Shown here piece after piece: positions 17,630 to 25,701 of a stretch of DNA of 64,000 nucleotides. Source of the DNA: Desulfovibrionaceae bacterium (GTDB lineage Bacteria > Desulfobacterota > Desulfovibrionia > Desulfovibrionales > Desulfovibrionaceae). The stretch's first letter is position 1. Each line of letters begins with the position of its first letter. The notes under the pieces were generated by a model. That model ran no database searches, was not told the origin of the DNA, and was given only the letters and a program-made list of their open reading frames with translations. Made by a program: the position numbers and the translations under genes. The DNA is taken from positions 50,569-114,568 of the forward strand of contig JAQXLA010000019.1 of NCBI GenBank assembly GCA_029011315.1, given 5' to 3'.

Positions 17630-18423
17630 AAAAATGCTGCGTTATTCTGGCATTTGCGATGATTCTGCTGCTTTGCGGGTGCGCAAAGCAGCAGCCTGTC
17701 GAGTTATCAGCCGACCAAATTCAGAACAGTACGGATCTCACTGATTTTGAAGATTACGAAGAATTTGACACGACCCAGCCAGCAGTATCCGATCCGCTGG
17801 AAAGCTGGAATCGCTTTTGGTTCAAGACCAACGATGTTCTGCTGCTCAAGATCATAAAGCCAATACATGCAGGGTATTCGGCAGCTGTTCCCTGGGAATT
17901 TCGTGCCATGCTGAAAAATTTTTTTCACAATCTACTCACACCTCTCCGAGTCGTCAATGCTCTGCTTCAGGGATATCCAGCACAGGCTTTTGCCGAACTG
18001 CAAAAATGTATTGTCAATACAACTGCAGGATTCGGAGGCTTTGCCGATCTCACTAGAAATACGATTTTAAAAGCGTCGCAGAGTCCAAGAGAACTCGACT
18101 TCGGCAGTACGCTGGCATCATGGGGTATTGGAGAAGGCATCTATCTGGTCTGGCCACTGCTCGGCCCATCTACACTGAGAGATACGGCCGGCATGACGGT
18201 TGACTGGGCGCTGTCGCCGCTGTTCTGGTGTCAGCACTGGAGTGCATGGGGCATTGCAGGAGAATTGCGTTTCAATGAAATAGATTCCACCGTCAATACC
18301 TATGAGCAGGTGGTATCCGGAGCCGTAGAACCCTACTCAGCCATACGCGATGCCTATATTTCACATCGCCGGTATCTGCGTCCTGAACCTTCACGTTCAA
18401 CAGATTCTCCAGAAAGCTTTTAG
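17626..18423 (+). CDS. mlaA: MlaA/VacJ lipoprotein
   Basis: Lipobox LCG-C, DPLESWNR.WF..ND, NFFHNL, INTT.GFGG, DFG.TLA.WG...G.YLVWPLLGPST.RD, DAY. Confidence 0.92.
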   Translation: MKKCCVILAFAMILLLCGCAKQQPVELSADQIQNSTDLTDFEDYEEFDTTQPAVSDPLESWNRFWFKTNDVLLLKIIKPIHAGYSAAVPWEFRAMLKNFFHNLLTPLRVVNALLQGYPAQAFAELQKCIVNTTAGFGGFADLTRNTILKASQSPRELDFGSTLASWGIGEGIYLVWPLLGPSTLRDTAGMTVDWALSPLFWCQHWSAWGIAGELRFNEIDSTVNTYEQVVSGAVEPYSAIRDAYISHRRYLRPEPSRSTDSPESF

Positions 18424-18432
18424 GAGCATGCC

Positions 18433-19500
18433 GTGCGCATCATCATGTTCACTTCAGCCGACAACACAAGCGGAGGCGTACGCCAGGCCGCCTATCAGAC
18501 AGAGGGACTGCGCGACTTGGGACATGAAACTTTTTTCTGCCTTCCAGAAAAATCCGCAATGTGGCAGACTGGAATGCAACAAACCGGATGGGTTCCTCTA
18601 AAAGGATCGGCTTCATCCTGGAAAAAACAGATTGAACAGCTCTTTCCTTCAGATCCGCATTCTCCTCTCATTGTGCATGCCTTTCACAATCTCGGAGTCA
18701 AACTGACGTCCTGGTGGGGACTTTTCTGGAAAAGAGGAAGAAACCTGGCCTGCGTCGCACACCGCGGCGTTATCTATCGCCCCGGGAATCCTCTGCCGTA
18801 TCTTTCGCCAGCTATGAGAATGTTTCTTCCAAACTCTGAAGCCTGTTCTCAAAAATTACGCTTTTACTGCCCCGCTTTCCGTAGAACCGTGGTCCGAAAC
18901 GGCATTCCAGACGCCAGAATCATCCCTTCAATCCCCAAAGATACTGTCCGTTGCAGCCTCGATATTCCGCAAGATGCCTTTATCTTCGGATACGTCGGCA
19001 ACAACAATCCCGTCAAGGGCTTCTCTGATCTCCTTCAGGCTTTTGCCTTGTCTGGTCTATCGAAATCCGTGCTTGTAGCTGTAGGAGCGGATGCAATATC
19101 CTGGAAGAAACAATGTGAGAGCCTCGGGATCGCTGATCGCGTTCTTCTTCTTGGACGCAGAGAGCAGGTCTGCAACTATCTCCAGATATGCGATGCTTTC
19201 GTTTTTCCATCTTTCGGAATGGATTCCGCACCCAATACACTTATGGAGGCCACGCGCATGGGCTTGCCTGTTATTGCCTGCAATGTCGGCGGCGTGCCGG
19301 AAATTGTGTCAGGGAACGGCTTTATTGTGCCTCCGAAATCAATCGTAGATTTAGCGGAAGCCATGCGCCAAATGCACGCCGATGCGGATCTTCGCAGAAG
19401 ACAATCCGCCCAAAGTCTCCTGATCGGCAGCACCTTTTCTGTCGAATCCCGATGCAGAGAACTGGAAAGGATCTACCGCAGCGTTCTTCCTCTCAAATAG
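18433..19500 (+). CDS. GT4-family glycosyltransferase
   Basis: GTG start 6 nt after AGGAG; NG.P, KGFSDLLQAF, DAFVFPS..D.APNTLMEA..MGLPVIACNVGGVPEIV (GT-B EX7E-like motif). Confidence 0.88.
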   Translation: MRIIMFTSADNTSGGVRQAAYQTEGLRDLGHETFFCLPEKSAMWQTGMQQTGWVPLKGSASSWKKQIEQLFPSDPHSPLIVHAFHNLGVKLTSWWGLFWKRGRNLACVAHRGVIYRPGNPLPYLSPAMRMFLPNSEACSQKLRFYCPAFRRTVVRNGIPDARIIPSIPKDTVRCSLDIPQDAFIFGYVGNNNPVKGFSDLLQAFALSGLSKSVLVAVGADAISWKKQCESLGIADRVLLLGRREQVCNYLQICDAFVFPSFGMDSAPNTLMEATRMGLPVIACNVGGVPEIVSGNGFIVPPKSIVDLAEAMRQMHADADLRRRQSAQSLLIGSTFSVESRCRELERIYRSVLPLK

Positions 19501-19510
19501 CAGCGAACTA

Positions 19511-20302
19511 TCAGGAACGCTTCGGTATCTGCCTCAGCTCCCTCTTCCACCAGAAGAGTCCCAAACAAAGAACGGCCGCCGTTTCCCAACGCAGCACTCT
19601 TCTGCCAAGCGTAACAGGCTGAAAACCTGCTTGCAGCAGATGATCCACTTCATGAGGCGCATAGCCGCCTTCAGGTCCAATGACACATACTGTCGGCCGA
19701 TCTTTTGCAAGATGATCATCAGTAACGCCGGAAACGAATGAAAAGCCACTTTCCACGGGCAGAATTCTCTGCGGATCATCAGGAAGAGCATCAACGGCCC
19801 GAATTACATCCTGAACACCGCCCGGAAAGACTCTGATTTCTGGAAGATACGGATTACGGCACTGTTTGGATCCGGCGACAAGCTGCGCTCTCCACGTTTC
19901 CTTCACCTGATCCGGAACAGGAAACTGACTCCTTTCCGCTTGCCAAAACCAAATGGCTTTTGCTTCCAGCTCGACAGCTTTTTCCAATATCCAGCTGTGC
20001 CGTGCGGCTTTTGTCCAAGCTGCTGCCAGAATGACGCCGCTCTGCGGTTCCGGATGCATCCAGCTTTGTATGAGCTCAAGACGCACTCCCTTTTTTCCTA
20101 TTTCCGCCACGCGGAACCACCCTTCTCTGCCGCAGCCATCCAGAATCCGGATATCCTCCCCCTTCCTGATGCGCAACACCTTGGATAAATGCCGCGACTC
20201 CTCAGCATCAAGACAATACGGTTCCCGCCATTGATCAGATGGCAGAAAAAAAGTTCTCACATCATTCCACTGAAGCGGATCGGGAATCTGAACTTCCGAC
20301 AT
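19511..20302 (-). CDS. rsmE: 16S rRNA m3U1498 methyltransferase
   Basis: HLSKVLRIRKGE, EKAVEL, A.KQCRN, VIGPEGGY, LGRRVLRWETA SPOUT motifs. Confidence 0.92.
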   Translation of the reverse strand: MSEVQIPDPLQWNDVRTFFLPSDQWREPYCLDAEESRHLSKVLRIRKGEDIRILDGCGREGWFRVAEIGKKGVRLELIQSWMHPEPQSGVILAAAWTKAARHSWILEKAVELEAKAIWFWQAERSQFPVPDQVKETWRAQLVAGSKQCRNPYLPEIRVFPGGVQDVIRAVDALPDDPQRILPVESGFSFVSGVTDDHLAKDRPTVCVIGPEGGYAPHEVDHLLQAGFQPVTLGRRVLRWETAAVLCLGLFWWKRELRQIPKRS

Positions 20303-20325
20303 GTATTGTTCTCCTGAAAAAACTG

Positions 20326-22023
20326 TTATGATGTTCTGCGGGACCGCACAACTGAAAGGATTTCATCCCTAAGCCCCGTCAGTTTTCTGTAATATTTGCG
20401 AATTTCTTTTGCATTGGCCGTTACTGCCGGCACAGAGATATATCGTCTTCTAAGATAGGCATTGTCCAGAATACTGTCGATATTGCGCATGATGTTGCGT
20501 ACCAAATCATCAAAATAATTGCCGAGCTCGAATTTCAGATCCCGCAAAATCAGACAGGCCTCCTGCAGCATTTCGCAATAACTGAGATGCCGACCTCGAA
20601 ACATCCTGTGAGTGATGTCCTCCAAGATGCGCACAGAACGGGCCTGACGGATATAGGCATACTTCGTACTGACTTCCAAAAACAGCTCTCGTTCCCTGGA
20701 GGAAACGTCCTTTGACTGAAACTCATTCAGATATCCATCCAAAATACGGGTGACGCCAGTATAGAATTCATCGCTGTATCCGATGACCCTGCGCTGATTT
20801 TTCGTGAGCCAGGCAAAAATAAATTTCAGCCGTTTTTCATCGGTATCGGTATTCAGTACGATTTCATTGCGTTTGTACACCGTCCGGCCTATGAATTCTC
20901 CGCGTACGATATCATTCAAACGAAGCATCATGGTAACTGTATCCCTCACGACATTGACATCAGCCAGAGATTCTCCAGTCAGCGGATGCAAAACTTCCTG
21001 CCTTTCAAGCGAGAGCGCACGATCCAGACGGACGTTATCCGGATTGAACCGATGCTGCTTGTAGACGACGCGGGCAATGACGACCAGCTTCTCAGAATCA
21101 AGGAAATAGCCACCTTGATGCAGTTTTTCAATCAGATCTTTCTGCGAAGGATCGACTTTGATCAGAGCGATTTTCTCCACATGCGGATAATGACGCCGTT
21201 CTCCATTGTTCCAAAGTGTTGTGATTGTGCGATCTGACTGACCGAGAACACGCACCATAAAAGATTCGCCATTTCGATGCAGTCTTGAAGCAAAAAGAGC
21301 GGCAGAGGTTCTCCGTTCTGAAGCGATGGGAAATCCGTACAACTCCATCAGAAATCGATTGACGAATCGCCGATTCTTTTCATACAGCACATTATCATCA
21401 GGTTTGAACATGCCGATCTGCACGCCAAAGCGCTTCAATTCACCATCAAAATCTGAAGGAAATGATGCAAAGATTCCGGAAAGATACTGCTTTCCATTGC
21501 GATCGGCGGACATAACATGCGCCCGATCCATCTGAAACAGATACGGCAATATCTGCTCATATCGTCCCAAATCGGAAGAATCGACTTTATGAAAGGCTTC
21601 ACGGAACGTATCCTGAAGACGCTTCGGCATGCGCCCAAGAAACGTCATAAGATTATTGGCGATCCGCCGTTTCTTTTCCTCGGAGTTTTCCGTTTCACCG
21701 ATTCCAGCAAATGGAGCAAGTATTTCGTACTGAAAAATTTCATGAAAACTCTGCATTTCACGAAAAAAAACCGCCATGGAAAAACCCGGCAGTCCCTTAT
21801 ACTCCCAGGGATCGGATTCAAATGAAGGCAGAAGATCCTTAGCTTCAACAAACGGATAATTCGGCATTTCCTGAGATGGGCGCACAAGGCCATGCGCAAT
21901 CTGCACCGTATCAAGAAACATTTTCATATCCTGAAAATCATAGATCTCGATGTTGTTTTTTCCCAAAGGAAATTTACCCTGAGAAAAAACATCACGCCAG
22001 CTAATCTGCATGCTCTGCTCCAT
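20326..22023 (-). CDS. Hypothetical soluble protein, 565 aa, unknown function
   Basis: Long uninterrupted ORF filling the rfbB-rsmE gap, same orientation as its neighbours; no motif recognised. Confidence 0.8.
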   Translation of the reverse strand: MEQSMQISWRDVFSQGKFPLGKNNIEIYDFQDMKMFLDTVQIAHGLVRPSQEMPNYPFVEAKDLLPSFESDPWEYKGLPGFSMAVFFREMQSFHEIFQYEILAPFAGIGETENSEEKKRRIANNLMTFLGRMPKRLQDTFREAFHKVDSSDLGRYEQILPYLFQMDRAHVMSADRNGKQYLSGIFASFPSDFDGELKRFGVQIGMFKPDDNVLYEKNRRFVNRFLMELYGFPIASERRTSAALFASRLHRNGESFMVRVLGQSDRTITTLWNNGERRHYPHVEKIALIKVDPSQKDLIEKLHQGGYFLDSEKLVVIARVVYKQHRFNPDNVRLDRALSLERQEVLHPLTGESLADVNVVRDTVTMMLRLNDIVRGEFIGRTVYKRNEIVLNTDTDEKRLKFIFAWLTKNQRRVIGYSDEFYTGVTRILDGYLNEFQSKDVSSRERELFLEVSTKYAYIRQARSVRILEDITHRMFRGRHLSYCEMLQEACLILRDLKFELGNYFDDLVRNIMRNIDSILDNAYLRRRYISVPAVTANAKEIRKYYRKLTGLRDEILSVVRSRRTS

Positions 22024-22050
22024 TCAGAAGATACGATCTGTCTGTACTTC

Positions 22051-23085
22051 TTATCTTTCGCTCCGGCGCAGCACTGCATTCCTATTCAGATACCAGCGCA
22101 CAGTTTTCTCAATGCCCGTATCGAAAGTTTCTTCCGGTTTCCATCCCAATTCTGTCATAATTTTTTCCGAATTGATGGCATAGCGCTGATCATGCCCCGG
22201 TCTATCCTCCACAAATGTCATGAGCGATTCGTACTTTTTTCCATTTGCCCGTGGACGGATTGCGTCGAGAATGGAACAGACCGTATGCAGGATCTGCAGA
22301 TTGTTTCTCTCATTATATCCACCGACATTATAGCTCTCCCCTGAACGGCCCTTATGAAAAATCAAGTCGACAGCCTTGCAGTGATCGAGTACGTAAAGCC
22401 AATCGCGGATATTCGAACCGGTGCCATAGACGGGAATCGGCTCTTCCCTCAGACATTTTTCAATAATTACAGGAATAAATTTTTCCCGATGCTGCTTTGG
22501 TCCATAATTATTGGAACAGTTTGAACTCGTCACGTTCAGTCCATATGTATGGCAATAGGATCGCACGATGAAATCAGATCCGGCCTTGCTGGCTGAATAG
22601 GGGCTGTTCGGTGCATACGGCGTCATTTCTGAGAACAATCCCGTTTCTCCCAATGTTCCGTAAACCTCATCCGTCGAAATATGATGGAAACGGCATGTTT
22701 CATACCCGCTTCTTGGATGATTCGGAGCACTAAACCAATGTCTACGGGCGGACTCAAGCAGCGTAAAAGTTCCCATCAGATTGGTTTCCATAAAAATACG
22801 AGGTCCTTTTATGGAATTATCCACATGACTTTCCGCCGCAAAATGCACTACGCCACGAATATCATATTGCTCAAACAGGCGGTCTACCAGGCCTTCATCG
22901 CAGATATCTCCCCGCACAAAAATATGGTTATCCAGAGATTTGCATTCCTGAAGATTGTCAAGACTGCCCGCATAGGTCAGTTTGTCCAAAGTAATGACAC
23001 GATACTGCGGATATTTCGCACAGAAAAACGGCACGAAATTAGACCCAATGAATCCGGCACCTCCGGTTACCAAAATGGACTGCAT
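22051..23085 (-). CDS. rfbB: dTDP-glucose 4,6-dehydratase
   Basis: ILVTGGAGFIGSNF, DKLTYAG, HFAAESHVDNSI, STDEVYG, PNSPYSASKA, NCSNNYGP, DRPGHD.RY; GGAGG RBS before ATG 23085. Confidence 0.97.
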   Translation of the reverse strand: MQSILVTGGAGFIGSNFVPFFCAKYPQYRVITLDKLTYAGSLDNLQECKSLDNHIFVRGDICDEGLVDRLFEQYDIRGVVHFAAESHVDNSIKGPRIFMETNLMGTFTLLESARRHWFSAPNHPRSGYETCRFHHISTDEVYGTLGETGLFSEMTPYAPNSPYSASKAGSDFIVRSYCHTYGLNVTSSNCSNNYGPKQHREKFIPVIIEKCLREEPIPVYGTGSNIRDWLYVLDHCKAVDLIFHKGRSGESYNVGGYNERNNLQILHTVCSILDAIRPRANGKKYESLMTFVEDRPGHDQRYAINSEKIMTELGWKPEETFDTGIEKTVRWYLNRNAVLRRSER

Positions 23086-23093
23086 TTTTCCTC

Positions 23094-23924
23094 CTATTGC
23101 TCCAGCTTTCTCAGGCACCGTTTCAGGCCATCCCGCCAATGAGGGATATTGATTCCGAAATCCCGCCGAATCTTCATTTTGCTCAGGACGCCGTACGCAG
23201 GACGCTGTGCTCTGCTGGGGTATTCGGAAGTCGTCAGAGGAAGAACCTTGCATGAATAACCGGAAAGCTCCATCACGGCGACAGCAAAATCATACCAGCT
23301 GCATACGCCCTCATTAGTATAATGATATATTTCTTTTGATCCGCTCTGCATTCCGGGCAGCAGTTTCGTTATGACTGAAGCCAAATCTGCCGCATACGTC
23401 GGCGTTCCAATTTGATCTGCGACAACGCCCACAGCATCCCGTTCCGAGCCAAGACGGCGCATAGTTTTAACAAAATTCCTCCCAACATGAGAATACAGCC
23501 ATGCCGTACGCACAATCAAGGCCGTTTCCGCATACCGCAGTACCGCCCGCTCGCCGTCGAGTTTGGTGCGCCCGTAGACGGAAACAGGATTGACCGGATC
23601 CTCTTCTCTGTACGGGACATGTCCGGTGCCATCGAAAACGTAATCCGTTGAAATATGAATGATCCGCCGTCCGTATCTGGACAGGAGCTCAGCACCGAGA
23701 CGGTTGACTCTGTCTGCCGCTTCGGGACTGTCTTCGGCCTGATCGACATTGGTATAGGCAGCGCAGTTGATGACGCAGTCAACATCATGCGAAGCAAAAT
23801 AAGCCTTTACAGCCTGTTCATCAGCAATATCCAGCTTATCCTGATCTGCATACTCCGCCCGATCTCCCAAAAGCGTCTGCAACTCCGTTCCGAGCTGACC
23901 ACGACACCCTGTCACTAACAACAT
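23094..23924 (-). CDS. rfbD: dTDP-4-dehydrorhamnose reductase
   Basis: VTG..GQLG, NCAAYTNVDQAE, HISTDYVFDG, YGRTKL.GE, DQIGTPT, SWYDFA, RPAY. Confidence 0.96.
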   Translation of the reverse strand: MLLVTGCRGQLGTELQTLLGDRAEYADQDKLDIADEQAVKAYFASHDVDCVINCAAYTNVDQAEDSPEAADRVNRLGAELLSRYGRRIIHISTDYVFDGTGHVPYREEDPVNPVSVYGRTKLDGERAVLRYAETALIVRTAWLYSHVGRNFVKTMRRLGSERDAVGVVADQIGTPTYAADLASVITKLLPGMQSGSKEIYHYTNEGVCSWYDFAVAVMELSGYSCKVLPLTTSEYPSRAQRPAYGVLSKMKIRRDFGINIPHWRDGLKRCLRKLEQ

Positions 23925-24463
23925 GCCATAAACTCCTTAAAGGAAGGGTAATGCTGATCTTTCTCGGAAGTCAGAGCCTTCTTCACATCAATCCGCCAGT
24001 CAATTCCCAAATCAGGATCGTCAAAGCGAATGCCGCCTTCCGAAGCGGAACAAAACAGATTGTCAACTTTATACGCGAATACAGCGTGTTCGCTGAGTAC
24101 GGAAAAGCCATGGGCAAATCCCCGGGGAATCAGCAGCTGCCGGTTGTTTTCCCCGCTTAACTCAACAGCGATATGCCGTCCGTATGTCGCTGAGCCTCTG
24201 CGAATATCTACAGCTACATCCAGAACCTTTCCGAAAATGACCCGCACCAATTTGGCCTGGGCCTGTTCTCCTTTCTGAAAATGAAGCCCACGAATCGTCC
24301 CGTATACGGATTGAGACTGATTATCCTGCACGAATACATAGCGGAGACCGGCTTTTTCGAATTCCCTCTGATTATAGCTTTCAAAAAAATATCCCCGGCT
24401 GTCAGGAAAAATTCGAGGTTCAACAATATAAACCCCCTCAATATCCGTTTTAATAAAGTTCAT
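23915..24463 (-). CDS. rfbC: dTDP-4-dehydrorhamnose 3,5-epimerase
   Basis: D.RGYFFES, FVQDNQS, RGLHFQ, KLVRV, DVAVDIR.GS.TYG, IPRGFAHGF; start 24463 or 24475. Confidence 0.96.
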   Translation of the reverse strand: MNFIKTDIEGVYIVEPRIFPDSRGYFFESYNQREFEKAGLRYVFVQDNQSQSVYGTIRGLHFQKGEQAQAKLVRVIFGKVLDVAVDIRRGSATYGRHIAVELSGENNRQLLIPRGFAHGFSVLSEHAVFAYKVDNLFCSASEGGIRFDDPDLGIDWRIDVKKALTSEKDQHYPSFKEFMACC

Positions 24464-25340
24464 GATCTTCCTCATATACCTTTTTCAGGTATCTGCAGTA
24501 ATCAGAATTTTCCCTCATGCTGGCGATCAGACCTTCCATACCTCGATCATCAATAAAACCCTTTCGGTAGGCAATTTCTTCAATACAGGAAATTTTCAGT
24601 CCCTGCCTTTGCTCAATAATCTGCACGAATTTTCCGGCATCGCACAAGCTGTCAGGTGTTCCGGCATCCAGCCAGGCGATACCTCTGCCCATAGGAATGA
24701 CATTCAGGCGTCCTTCCTGCAAATAGAGATTGTTCAAATCAGTAATTTCCAGCTCGCCTCTCGCCGAAGGCTTCAAAGAAGCCGCCTTTTCCACGACATC
24801 TGGCGGATAAAAATACAGCCCCACAGACGCATAATTTGACTTCGGATGCTCCGGCTTTTCTTCCAGACTGACCGCACGGCGGTGTGCATCAAACTCTACG
24901 ACACCAAAACGCTTCGGATCCGCGACATGATAAGCAAAAATCGTCGCACGTTTTCCGGTGTTTTCACTTACAGTCCGGCGAAAGACATCAGCTTTATCCC
25001 CCATGTAAAAAATATTGTCGCCCAAAATCAGACAGACATCATCGCCTCTGATGAAATCGGCTCCTATCGTCAGTGCCTGGGCAATACCCCTTGGTTCTTC
25101 CTGCACCGCATACGAAAGTTTCAGACCGATTCGGCTGCCGTCTTCCAGAAGCTTTTCAATATTCGGCGTATCTTTCGGAGTGGAAATGATAAGGATCTCC
25201 CGAATGTCAAACAGCATCAGCGTCGACAGAGGATAATAAATCATCGGCTTATCGTACACGGGCAAAAGCTGCTTGGATGTAATCTGCGTCAGAGGATACA
25301 GTCGCGTACCGCTTCCGCCAGCAAGAAGTATGCCTTTCAT
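24450..25340 (-). CDS. rfbA: Glucose-1-phosphate thymidylyltransferase
   Basis: MKGILLAGGSGTRLYPLT, KQLLPVYDKPMIYYPL, LILGDNIF, EEKPEHPKSN, ARGELEITD, WLDAGT. Confidence 0.97.
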   Translation of the reverse strand: MKGILLAGGSGTRLYPLTQITSKQLLPVYDKPMIYYPLSTLMLFDIREILIISTPKDTPNIEKLLEDGSRIGLKLSYAVQEEPRGIAQALTIGADFIRGDDVCLILGDNIFYMGDKADVFRRTVSENTGKRATIFAYHVADPKRFGVVEFDAHRRAVSLEEKPEHPKSNYASVGLYFYPPDVVEKAASLKPSARGELEITDLNNLYLQEGRLNVIPMGRGIAWLDAGTPDSLCDAGKFVQIIEQRQGLKISCIEEIAYRKGFIDDRGMEGLIASMRENSDYCRYLKKVYEEDHELY

Positions 25341-25511
25341 GAGAAAACTCCTGTATGTTGGCCAGAACAATCATGCTGAAAAACATGTTTTGCCTCAGAC
25401 AACAGCCTGTCAAAAGATTCCAAGTCTTCAGTCGTTCTGCATCAAGTATCAAAACAGGGCATCATGCGTAACGTTCTGATTATAGCGCATAAATTCAAAA
25501 AATATTTATTG

Positions 25512-25545
25512 ATCTTGAAAAAAAACTCAAGATTTATCTTGAGTT
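25512..25545. promoter_or_regulatory. Operator-like inverted repeats in the rfbA/deaD divergent gap
   Basis: AACTCAAGAT-TT-ATCTTGAGTT (25524-25545), plus a third half-site ATCTTGA at 25512-25518. Confidence 0.5.
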
Positions 25546-25701
25546 CTCTATCTTCTCAGCCATGGTGGAAACTTAGCGCAACATCATCCATCCAGCTTGC
25601 ATTGCAATACAGAAACCGTTAAAAATGCAGTACGGCAGTCTGCCAGCCGTACCGCAAGAGGCAGAAAACCTGTTCCCACCTTATACCGTATCGGATTCCA
25701 T

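Noticed and set aside
23086-23253. N-terminal extension of rfbB in the ORF track
   Set aside because: It overlaps rfbD; a GGAGG RBS and the Rossmann motif fix the start at 23085.
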